Source of the DNA: Macrostomum lignano
Lineage: Eukaryota
NCBI GenBank assembly: GCA_002269645.1
Contig: NIVC01001573.1
Coordinates: 222,802 to 266,497 of the forward strand
DNA: 43,696 bases
Reading direction: 5' to 3'
This document shows, piece by piece, positions 1 to 10,864 of the stretch (positions are counted from its first letter, which is position 1; each line of letters starts with the position of its first letter). The notes below the pieces were generated by a model. It was not told the DNA's origin. It made no database searches and saw nothing but the letters and a program-made list of their open reading frames with translations. Position numbers and translations under genes: made by a program.

Positions 1-649
1 TGACGGACGCAAGAGTGAGATTTCTCCGGGTTTTATTGGTTCATTTGACATGTACGAGTGTGTCAGCCCTTACAGAACACCTTATGGGGCTCTTTATTTT
101 GTAGTTTAAGGTCGAATTTTACGAGTAATTTAATCCAAAAGCCTAAATTAGCGAGGAACTGCTTTTCCAACTGCTTTGACTTTCACTTTGATGGGTTTTA
201 GCGCTTCAGCCCCAGGACTACTAAAGTATAAATGTTACTTTACGAGCGTAGTCGTCCTTGTTCAGGCCACAGAGTCGGCAGTCGATACTAGTTGTTCTAG
301 CATCTGTGGTTCAGGCCTAGCCGGGTCTCTTACGCTAATATTTATACATTTTTCTATAAAGTTGGAAGTAAAAAGATTTGCGATTCCTATTTTACGAAAC
401 GAAAGTTAAATATTGGAGAAATGAAAAGAGTAGCAAGGGGTAATATTGTAAATCATTTTAAACAATTAAAACAAATTTAATCGAATAAATTTAAAACAAT
501 AAAACAAATATTCGGTGGTTTAAAGAATATGCATAGAATATGTATGTTTGAAAAGAGAATTCGAGTTTGGTAATGAAAACAAATAAGCAAGATTAAAATC
601 ACAGTTCTGATTATTATAAAGAAATACAAGACTGAATTAGCAAGTTGGG

Positions 650-1515
650 AGGAGAACACCCACCAGTTAGTTTCCAATGGCATTTCTGAGTCTAGTGGTC
701 ACAGGGACTCTGTTACTGTTAGTCTTTTAGATCAAGGTCAATGTTATAGACCCCTGCAGTGAGAGAAATTTTGTACCACCTTTTGCCCAGATTCTAAATT
801 CTCTCTCCTTGAACCTGTGCATTTTGGTGACTTAATGGAGGTAACTACGCTCGTAGTTTTTGTGCAGGAGGGCGCATCAAAGGATAGCCTGGTTTTGAAG
901 AACCTGGTGTTTTTGGAGTAGCGTGTCCGAAGCGTTGATAAGCTAGAATAGGTGCACCGTAGGTCATACCACCCTCAACGTAGGACCTGTAGATAAGCCT
1001 GGGTGCAAGCTGGGTGATCCTATAGTGTTCCTGGCGATCCTTCTCATGACGTAGAGCTTGGCCGTCGTGATGCCGGCAGTCTTGGAAATATGTTGTTTGA
1101 TGTTGGGTTCCTTATCTAGAGTGACACCTAAGAAGGCAGCGGAGTCAAAGTATTGAATTTCGTACTGGCTAAGTTCAAGGGTCGGCTTTTCGGGGCCCGT
1201 GAAGTGATTACCTTCAAACTTAAAGAAAGAAACAGCCTTTCTTTTGGTTGGATTGATAGTGATGCCAGCCAATTTTCAAGATAGCAAAGTAGCTGTTGAG
1301 CCTTTTAGCAGACATGCTGGACTTTCTGGCAAGCCCAGACAACAAGGTCGTCCGCTAATTGGCTCATCCTGACCCGGTTGTCTAGCGGCCAAAGCCCTCG
1401 CTGAGAGCCCCACCCACCTGGATTCGAATCTCCTTACCTTCGAGGTAACTGGAGACGATCCTGACCAAGTTGTGTGGAACATCGCATTCAAGGAACCTAT
1501 GCCTGAGATAGTCAT
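650..1515 (-). mobile_element. Degenerate non-LTR retrotransposon (LINE) reverse transcriptase fragment
   Basis: Minus-strand pieces in several frames match RT motifs: LNAMFHTTW (like D..AFD.vW), QLADDLVVW (YADD-like, about 1340-1363), ITINPTKRKAVSF and FLGVTLDKEPNIKQHI. Multiple frameshifts; the 3' boundary is approximate. Confidence 0.65.
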
Positions 1516-2003
1516 GCCAGACTCCGTCGAAACGCACCCTTTTCTTTCTTTCGCGTCAGAGCTCTTACGCTAATTTGCATTTCGAGTTGGAAGAATTAAA
1601 CGAGTTGAATTAAATGACGAATGCACCCTTGTCTCGAGCTGCTTTCTAGTTTTAAACAAACCTGCGATCTGTCCTAACCGAACTACTACTGTTTCATGGT
1701 CTAAAACTACTAACAGTAATACATGTAACATTTGTAAAACAGTGTTGCTCTATAAATCCCTTACTACGATTAAAAAATATACCCTTACTACGACATTAGT
1801 TTTTATACGACAATTGGTGATTGAATGGTGTTGTGAAGCGACAATAAAAAAGACAAAAAATAGCTTTTTCAAGCCAATTGCCTTTTGGACTAATAATTTG
1901 CGAGTAAATTTTACCGCAAAGTTGAATAGTTTATTGACCGCTTTGACTTAAAATATTTTCAGTGTGTTTGACGTCAAAGCAGCTGCACTGCCAATCTATG
2001 CAG

Positions 2004-2443
2004 TCAGCCTCCGAGCCCGAAGCAGGAGAGAGGATGGTAAATCGAAGAACAAAACCGCTTCTTCATCTGGAGCTGTTTGAACACCTGGACATCGTCCATC
2101 GGCTTCTCGCTGGCTGGAGGATTCTGTTGGCAAAAATGTCGGATTTATGGGAAAGTCTGTTTTTGCAGTAGAAAGCATGGTAGGATAGCCATTCCATTTC
2201 GGAGTTTTACAGTCAAGAAAATTCGAAATTGAAATAAGAAATTTTCGGACGATCTGGTTCAAAGCGGTTCGGATGGACATATACAGATGTTGAAAGAGCA
2301 GTGTCAAAAAAGAACAGTTTTAGTATTCTTACATGTCGCTCAACAGTTTCAGAACCCGGATCCTTGGAGTCAGAGATTCGAACTCCTTCGCCGGTCATCA
2401 GAGCCGACATACAGAAGACAACAATGCAATTTTGGATATTCAT
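2004..2443 (-). CDS. Secreted disulfide-loop peptide precursor, copy 1 (2 exons: 2443-2333, 2123-2004; 76 aa)
   Basis: Phase-0 intron CAT|GTAAGA ... CAACAG|AAT joins MNIQNCIVVFCMSALMTGEGVRISDSKDPGSETVERH to NPPASEKPMDDVQVFKQLQMKKRFCSSIYHPLSCFGLGG*. It has a hydrophobic N-terminus, a KKR cleavage site and a C-terminal Cys pair. The same structure is conserved in the paralog at 6004-6422. Confidence 0.7.
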
Positions 2444-3535
2444 AACTGTGTCAGCTGAGCAGATGAGCGTGTTGAATTTAATAGCCTGGGCTATGGACGC
2501 AGTAGACAGTTATATGCGCTCAGATGCTTGCACGATTCTTGAGCTGACTGACCCAGTTCGGCCAATTTTATTCGGATGAAGCTGCATGGGTTGTGCTGAA
2601 CGGCTAGCCAATCGCCGTTAGCAGGACCGAGGATTGAACGCTCTGGCCTTTGTTTTTGGGGCGGCGATCTGCGAGCTGTTGGCTGAGCTTATGCCAGAAA
2701 AAAATGTCGGGAGAGGAATTCCCCCCTTTTGTAGTTCTACTGTTCAGTTGATATTTACCTGCTATACACCATAGGGTCTTCCTAAGAGTTCTCTCTACTC
2801 AAATTTACTGCACATGCGACGAGCTTCTTCCTTTTGCTTTCTTTGCGGCTCAATTGACAGAATTACCAGATTATCAGAATGTCACTCCGCTGACTCCTGG
2901 GCACATACAACGCGTCAGACATGTGCACACTGTGCTCGATCCTTCTGAGCATTCTAATTGTCAGGAGATCTTGACCGATTCGTTAAACTGAGCATCGAGT
3001 CTTCTGATCGGCCGAACTCGTTGCCACACAAACCTATTTATCGAAAAGAGATTTTATTGTTCTCTGTGATTTTAGACCCCAAAACAGTTGACGACAGATA
3101 GAACCGTACAGTCGAATTGTAGAGAACCCAAAAGATAAATAAAGTAATCAAGTATAAAATCCAGAAAAAATGCCTACTAGCAGCGATTTGTAAACGTGCA
3201 GAGGCGGAAGTGAAAAAGGCAGTCTTACTCGCATGTTTCAATTGACAGCATTCCAGACCTTCAGCATATGTACGAATGTTTTACTCCAAGATTTTTATGC
3301 TTTCATTAGAACTTTAAGACAGCAACAAAACTCAGCAAAGCACGCAGTTGCAAAACTCTTAAATTTTAAAGCCTCACAGGGTGCGCCCCAAGGTTTGCAG
3401 CGGCTCGTTTTGCATCGGAAATCATATTCAGTGGGTCATGCATGCACTCGTAGTGTAATGGATCAGGATATACTTTGCTTATAAGCATTTAGATTCGGTC
3501 GCACTGCGTTTCAGGTTTTGCAGTGTAAAGCCGTC

Positions 3536-3888
3536 TTCAACCAGCAGCCAGTGTTCAACCAGCAGCTAGTTTTCAACCAGCAGCCAGTGTTCAACCAGCA
3601 GCCAGTGTTCAACCAGCAGCCAGTGTTCAACCAGCAGCCAGTGTTCAACCAGCAGCCAGTGTTCAACCAGCAGCCAGTGTTCAACCAGCAGCCAGTGTTC
3701 AACCAGCAGCCAGTGTTCAACCAGCAGCCAGTGTTCAACCAGCAGCCAGTGTTCAACCAGCAGCCAGTGTTCAACCAGCAGCCAGTGTTCAACCAGCAGC
3801 CAGTGTTCAACCAGCAGCCAGTGTTCAACCAGCAGCCAGTGTTCAACCAGCAGCCAGTGTTCAACCAGCAGCCAGTGTTCAACCAGCA
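3536..3888. repeat. 18-bp minisatellite (TTCAACCAGCAGCCAGTG), about 19 copies
   Basis: Near-perfect tandem units are directly visible; they generate the FNQQPV, CWLNTG and LLVEHW ORFs. Confidence 0.97.
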
Positions 3889-3938
3889 CTGTGCAGTGTG
3901 CACAAGAATTTTAATTGGAGCGGGCGCCAATGCTTGGT

Positions 3939-4783
3939 GTCTCTTGGTGAGCGCCCCTGTCTCTTGGTGAGCGCCCCTGTCTCTTGGTGCGCGCATCTGT
4001 CTCTTGGTGAGCGCCCCTGTCTCTTGGTGCGCGCATCTGTCTCTTGGTGAGCGCCCCTGTCTCTTGGTGCGCGCATCTGTTTCTTGGTGAGCGCCCCTGT
4101 CTCTTGGTGAGCGCCCCTGTCTCTTGGTGCGCGCATCTGTCTCTTGGTGAGCGCCCCTGTCTCTTGGTGAGCGCCCCTGTCTCTTGGTGCGCGCATCTGT
4201 CTCTTGGTGAGCGCCCCTGTCTCTTGGTGAGCGCCCCTGTCTCTTGGTGCGCGCATCTGTCTCTTGGTGAGCGCCCCTGTCTCTTGGTGCGCGCATCTGT
4301 CTCTTGGTGAGCGCCCCTGTCTCTTGGTGCGCGCATCTGTCTCTTGGTGAGCGCCCCTGTCTCTTGGTGAGCGCCCCTGTCTCTTGGTGCGCGCATCTGT
4401 CTCTTGGTGAGCGCCCCTGTCTCTTGGTGAGCGCCCCTGTCTCTTGGTGCGCGCATCTGTCTCTTGGTGAGCGCCCCTGTCTCTTGGTGAGCGCCCCTGT
4501 CTCTTGGTGCGCGCATCTGTCTCTTGGTGAGCGCCCCTGTCTCTTGGTGAGCGCCCCTGTCTCTTGGTGAGCGCCCCTGTCTCTTGGTGCGCGCATCTGT
4601 CTCTTGGTGAGCGCCCCTGTCTCTTGGTGAGCGCCCCTGTCTCTTGGTGCGCGCATCTGTCTCTTGGTGAGCGCCCCTGTCTCTTGGTGCGCGCATCTGT
4701 CTCTTGGTGAGCGCCCCTGTCTTTTGGTGAGCGCCCCTGTCTCTTGGTGCGCGCATCTGTCTCTTGGTGAGCGCCCCTGTCTC
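3939..4783. repeat. 20-bp minisatellite with two unit variants (CTCTTGGTGAGCGCCCCTGT / CTCTTGGTGCGCGCATCTGT)
   Basis: About 42 tandem units, frequently in an AAB or AB arrangement. Confidence 0.97.
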
Positions 4784-5792
4784 GTGTCTTTAGTTTTAAC
4801 CCTTTAGTCTCTTGTTAGCGCCCCTAACCCTGTCTCAGACAAGGACCACTATAGAAACACTTCGCGATAGTTCTAGTCTAGCAGTCCTTACTCCTAGACT
4901 GGCAGATGCCATGCCCAAGAGGTGGGCAGAGGTTGAGCTCCTGTCATTCGTCGAAGTTGGTTGCCTCCTTCATTTGATTTTTGGAGGAGCGCTATGTTTA
5001 TAGTGGTGACTGGTTTGGAGCCGAATCCAAGGTAGCTCGTACTTTTGCGATTAGTGCTACTAATAGTAGGTGTTGCAGATTAACCAAAGAAGTAGAATAT
5101 TCCATATATAGTTTCGACGCTCGTAAAAACATTCAAATGAAAGAGAGCTAGTTAAGTCAGCTTTATTGCCTTTAATGCTTCGGTGGATGCAAATTATCTC
5201 GTATTTTCTTTTGAAATCTGAAATTCAATCAAATTTCTTTGATATGCTATCGCTCTGCATGGAATACATTGCTCCAGCTGGAGTAATTATTAATTATCAG
5301 TTAAATTCGATTGCGAGGACACAGTACCTTCAGCTTAATTCCTTAAGTGTGCACCTATTGGGACTGTAGCTTGATTAAATTTCGAATGAGAATGAAAGCA
5401 TCTTGCCTGGGACCATGAGCGCACATCGGCGAATATGCATCAACTGGGACCGTGTGCACTTGTTAATTAAATTCGATCGCATGTATTCGAATGAGAGCAT
5501 ATTATAACGATCTGAGATTAACACATCTTTGCTGATTGAACGCCATGCATAATTGAGTAGCTTTCTGGTCTGGGCTATACTAGTTCAGCCAATGAGGTCT
5601 GGGTAAATTAGCTAATACTTCTTGGCTACTGGTTATTTGGTAGAGTTGCATGCCACCTGAGTTGTGTCCTTAATTCTAATTTATAAAAAATAAAATAATG
5701 AGCACGAACTCTAATTTATTTGAAGAATTTACTTGGCAATTGTATCCAAGACAGTGAAACGATTAATATGTGAGTTCTATTCCAAGGCATTA

Positions 5793-5824
5793 TTCGATCG
5801 TTCGTTCGTTCGTTCGTTCGTTCG
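5793..5824. repeat. (TTCG)n microsatellite
   Basis: Visible run ttcgttcgttcg... Confidence 0.85.
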
Positions 5825-6003
5825 ATAGGTTCAGAGCTTTAAGTCCTTAATAAAAACGACATAAAACTGCTTTTTCAGGCCAATTGCCTTTTGAATATTA
5901 ATTTTGCGAGTAGATTGAAACGCGAAATTGACTCGTATATTGAACGATTTAACTTAATATATTGTCAGTGTTCAAAGTCAGCTGCACTGGCAATCTTCTG
6001 CAG

Positions 6004-6422
6004 TCAGCCTCCGAGCCCGAAGCAGGAGAGCGGATGGTAATCCGAACAAAACTTTTTCTTCACCTGGAACTCCTTGAACACCGGGCCATCATCGTACGCC
6101 GGCTTCTCGCTGGTTGGAGGATTCTATATGGTGTGCAGCGGGAATGTGGAAAATGTTCCGTTAGCCATTCCATTCCCGAGTTGTTCAGTCAAAAAAGATT
6201 CGAAATTTGAATATGAAATCTTGATCTGGTGGTTTGGTTTGGAAGTGGTTTGGATACATGTAGATGTGAAAGAGCAATGTGATAAAAACATTTTAATAGG
6301 CTTATTTTTACATGTACCTTAACAGTTTCAGAACCCGGATCACTGGAGTCAGAGATTCGAAATCCTTCGCAGGTAATCAGAGCCGACATACAGAATAGAA
6401 CAATGTAAATTCGGATATTCAT
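6004..6422 (-). CDS. Secreted disulfide-loop peptide precursor, copy 2 (2 exons: 6422-6312, 6123-6004; 76 aa)
   Basis: MNIRIYIVLFCMSALITCEGFRISDSSDPGSETVKVH | NPPTSEKPAYDDGPVFKEFQVKKKFCSDYHPLSCFGLGG*. The donor is CAT|GTAAAA (alternative AAG|GTACAT, same phase) and the acceptor is CATATAG|AAT. Exon lengths are the same as in copy 1 (111 and 120 nt). Confidence 0.7.
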
Positions 6423-7389
6423 AATTGTGTCACCTGAACAGATGAGCCTTGTCGAATTTAATGACAGCGGTATATGGACGCAGAAAACAATATGCACTCA
6501 GATTCTGGCACGACTCTTGCGCTGAGTAATCCAGCTCAGTCAGTTTTCTTCAGATGAAGCAGGGTTGTGCTGATTGGCTAGCCAATCACCGTCAGCAGGC
6601 CCAAGGATTGAACGCCGCTGTGGCCTTTGTTTTTTGGGGTGGGTGATCCGCGAGCCGTTGGCTGAGCTGCGGTGTCTTGGGTGGGAGTGGGCGGCTGTGT
6701 GTGGGCCTTATGGGCCCAATTCGTAGTCTTATCTTGACTCGGATGGTCAGATCACAAACTGACAGATTTTAATTAAGTGTCGGTTACTTCCTAGTATACA
6801 AAAATGAGTTGTCTGTAGGTAGGTAGTTATGTGATTGATTTCAGAACGGCTCGACCAATTTCCAGGAAACTTACACCGTTCGATCAGAAATTTTTCTGTG
6901 AACGGTACATGTGCTAATAAATTGCTCAAGGCAAAAGCATTAAATATTCGAAAAACATGCTTTTTTGCAAGTGAATCAGACTTTTTGACTTGAAATGCAT
7001 TTCAAGCATGTTTAGATAAAAAAACGGACTGGCTGAATTCTGATTCCTGATAAAGATTGCATCACACCATGGTTTTTTATCGTCACTAATTTACTGGCTG
7101 AATTGTGAGTCCGACATAGATTGCGTCACAGTGTTAAAAACGGTGTAAATTCGAAGCACATAGCACCAAACTTTATTCAAATTGCATTCCATTTTTAACC
7201 TTAATGGAGACTGATTCTGACTGACTGAGAAATTGATTATGTCGATCATAACTGCTGTCGAACATACCTGGGTTCGAATCTTTGTAGTGTATTTTTTTAG
7301 TAAAAGCTTTTTTCAACGTAAGTGAAACTCAACGAAAGAAATAAAGAAAAATAGAGACAGGTTACATGTATGTCAACAACCATGAAAGA

Positions 7390-7690
7390 AGCGTAATGTC
7401 AAAAAAGCGTAATGTCAAACATAAAAATTAAAGTCCTGTCAAACATAAAAGAAGAGTACGTGTAATGTCAAACAAAAAATAATTAAAATTCCTGTCAAAC
7501 ATAAAAAAGTGTCACATCAAAAATGAAAAAAGCGTCATATCGAGCATAAAAGGTTCATAGGGGAATTGCTAAGGATTTGAAGGCTCGACGGAATTGCTAT
7601 AACTCTGTGACTCGGGGAAAATTGCTAAGATGTCAAGGCATACGGGTATTGCTGAGAGATGGCTTACTGAGGAATTGCTGAGATATCAAG
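7390..7690. repeat. Degenerate short direct repeats (TGTCAAACATAAAA-like, then GGAATTGCTAAG-like)
   Basis: Several imperfect copies are visible; possibly the subterminal region of an unidentified element. Confidence 0.5.
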
Positions 7691-9465
7691 GCTGAGAGGT
7701 CAGAAGCTATAGATATAATTTATTCAAAGCGTCTATTCCGTTCTTTTTTCAATTTTACTCGAGTATAAGGTGATTTATAAAGTTTTAAAACTGAAGAAGG
7801 AATGCTTTTAAGAAAAGTTCCTTTCATTTAAAAGGATTCACATCAATAACTTTTGTCCCTTGCTTGTGTGCCTGAATTGTTGTAAGATGGTGAATTGTTG
7901 GATTTCATGCCAATTACAGGAACACGGTACTATGTTGAATTAAGTGAAAACTTAAACAAATGATACCTCACATTAGCATTGGGCAGTACCATAGACTGCG
8001 CTATATACGATTGGTTAATCTAATTGATTAAGAGCTTGATATGTTCTGCTTTAATAAAGATATATTGTATTATTTTTTTCAGTATTATTCAACATTTAAG
8101 TTGTCGCAAAAGCAGCAAAATTTCGCTTTCGTACTCGTATTCTTTATGGCCGTTACTTTCTCCATCCTGCAAGTAACTTAAGTAGGGCGTACTGACTTAG
8201 AAATATAGGTTGAAAAATGTTAAGAATTAGTGCGAAATTATTTATGTAGAGATATAATTGGATAGAATCGTTACAGGTGTTTTTATAAGCTTTTATAAGC
8301 TGATGATGTGATATTTTTTTAAAGTAAAAATTTTATAATATAATTAAAATATACATAGTTTTCAAGTATATAGGGTAAAAATAATAAATTTATTTAGGCT
8401 ACTATATATAAAAGTGTTTCTAAAATTGATTTTTTTGTACTCTTTTGCTTAAAAGTTTTGAATACTTTTTCTAACATCATAGACCTATGCGTGTTATAAC
8501 CGCCTTCTAGTGTATTGGTCTATTAGTAATAGCCTATACTAGGTTGATTTGATCCAACCCTTTCGCATGTAGTGTGTAGGGCAAAAATATTTTTGTGTGC
8601 ATAGTGCATACTTAAGACTATGGTATAGTATAGAGCATTTTATAAAAATATGCATAAATATTAAATGTATGAAATTAATTAATTAGGCAATATCTTTAAA
8701 ATAAACAAATAAACAAAAAAGATACTTCTTAAACAAAAAATTTTGTTTCCATTTAAGCCTAGGGATATTTTTGTGAATAATAGTCTATAATTAGCCTATA
8801 ATTAAAAAATTAGTTGGTATACTATGTTAGCATATTAAGGCTCAAGTTTCTAGCAAAAAATTAGCTTTGTTTGGTATTCTATATTTTTATAATAAATTTT
8901 ATATTCAGTCAGGTATGCTAGTTGCATTGACAAACCTAATGACCTAACAGCTTGCAAGGCAGGATCCCTAGAAATTATAGATTTATAAGTTGTACTACAT
9001 TATAGATTTCTTTTAATTTATATAACATTGCTATTTAGAAAGCATTGTCATAAGAGTGAAAATCTTAAAAATAAAATAAAATTTTTATTTTAGCACCTGC
9101 AATAGAAGCTTGAACTATTATATTTTCAATTATTGACATTTTTATTATTTTACAATTCTATTTTTTATAGAAAATTGATACCTAAGTTAAAAGATACAAT
9201 TTATGCAACTAATTATATATTTTTAAGCCAAGATGAAAGCAATACTTTTAAAAATTTTTGAAAGACTAATAAATTATTTATATTATTTACTTGATTTTTC
9301 TTTGGTGATAAAAATATTGCTATGTTAGCCTATTGATAGTCTTTAAATCAATATAAATATTATAATTTTATCATTCTAATGCTGGTAGAGTCACTCGCTT
9401 GGCAAGAAGAATAAATAGAAAGCTTAATATCAACATTTGAATATGATTTCAATTTCTAACAACTT

Positions 9466-9498
9466 CAACGCGTTTCGCACACCATGGTGCATCGTCAG
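9466..9498 (-). ncRNA. Minimal hammerhead ribozyme motif in the PLE pLTR (inverted copy)
   Basis: The minus strand reads CTGACGA-T-GCAC-CATGGT-GTGC-GAAAC-GCGTTG: a CUGANGA/GAAA core around a 4-bp stem II plus a palindromic AACGCGTT. PLE pLTRs are known to carry such minimal hammerheads. The plus-strand copy at 11294-11326 has a mutated core (CTGACAA). Confidence 0.6.
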
Positions 9499-10304
9499 GA
9501 TTTTATTAGAACGATTTGAGAAATTGAGATTGAAAGCGATTGATTAAATATTGGTTTTTATTGGCGCTACGTCGACGATACGTTTGCCATCTTTGATCAG
9601 GAGCAAAAAATTGATCAGTTCCTCCACGCTCTCAACTCCACTCATAAGAACATAAAATTCACGGTTGAACATGCTGTTGACCAAAGACTCCCCTTCCTGG
9701 ACATTGACATTGACTACAGTAAGGAAACCCTCTCCACAAAAGTCTTCCGTAAGAAAAGCTTTACCAATCTCATTCTCAACTTCCAAGCCACTTGCCCCAG
9801 ACAATAGAAAACTGGGCTCGTGAGGTGTTTGCTCCATAGAGCTTTCACTACCTGTAACACCTAGATCAACTTTGACCAGGAGGTGCAGTTCCTCACCAGA
9901 CTGTTCCATCAAAATGACTACCCCATTTGTCTGGTCCAAAAAATCATCAACAAGTTCATCTTGGACAAAATCACCAAACAAAAACCTGAGCAATCTGTTA
10001 CCACTGAAGAATTTGAACCCATTCTGTGTCTCCCCTTCCTCGGACCTCCATCTCTAGCCTTTAAAAACAGAATGCGTAGGTTATTCTTTGCCTCTTTCAA
10101 TCGTAACATCCGGGTCGTCTTCCACATGAACAAGATTGGGAACTTTGTTAGCAGATTAAAGTCGCGTGTTCCTTGTACTCTGCGTGCAGGTGTTGTCTAC
10201 CAATTTAACTGCTCTGTGGACCAGAGCGTCTCCTACGTGGGGAAAACCAAAAGACACCTACACACGAGGATCAGGGAACACTGGCTCAAACCATCTGCTA
10301 TACA

Positions 10305-10864
10305 AACTCACCTCCTTGAATGCACTAACTGCAATGACTGCAAACCAGAAGAACACTTTAAACTCACCTCCTTGAATGCACTAACTGCAATGACTGCAAA
10401 CCAGAAGAACACTTTAAACTCACCTCCTTGAATGCACTAACTGCAATGACTGCAAACCAGAAGAACACTATAAACTCACCTCCTTGAATGCACTAACTGC
10501 AATGACTGCAAACCAGAAGAACACTTTAAACTCACCTCCTTGAATGCACTAACTGCAATGACTGCAAACCAGAAGAACACTTTAAACTCACCTCCTTGAA
10601 TGCACTAACTGCAATGACTGCAAACCAGAAGAACACTATAAACTCACCTCCTTGAATGCACTAACTACAATGACTGCAAACCAGAAGAACACTATAAACT
10701 CACCTCCTTGAATGCACTAACTGCAATGACTGCAAACCAGAAGAACACTTTAAACTCACCTCCTTGAATGCACTAACTGCAATGACTGCAAACCAGAAGA
10801 ACACTTTAAACTCACCTCCTTGAATGCACTAACTGCAATGACTGCAAACCAGAAGAACACTTTA
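10305..10864 (+). repeat. 56-bp tandem repeat, 10 copies, inside the PLE GIY-YIG coding region
   Basis: Unit AACTCACCTCCTTGAATGCACTAACTGCAATGACTGCAAACCAGAAGAACACTTTA; the first unit starts at 10305 and the last at 10809. Confidence 0.97.

Noticed and set aside
1996-2307. 103-aa minus ORF, and the 76-aa/102-aa ORF-track versions of the peptide genes
   Set aside because: They run through the intron or use the wrong frame; the spliced frame is the one conserved between the two paralogs.
3511-4756. Long ORFs (381, 281, 150 aa and others) with repetitive peptides
   Set aside because: They are translations of 18-bp and 20-bp minisatellites that are open in several frames on both strands, with no coding context.
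6989-7006. 18-bp perfect palindrome CTTGAAATGCATTTCAAG
   Set aside because: Isolated, with no partner structure or element; may occur by chance in AT-rich DNA.
7700-9381. Mitochondrial insertion (NUMT)
   Set aside because: AT-rich, but no recognisable cox/nad/cob or rRNA motifs were found by eye; a BLAST search would settle it.
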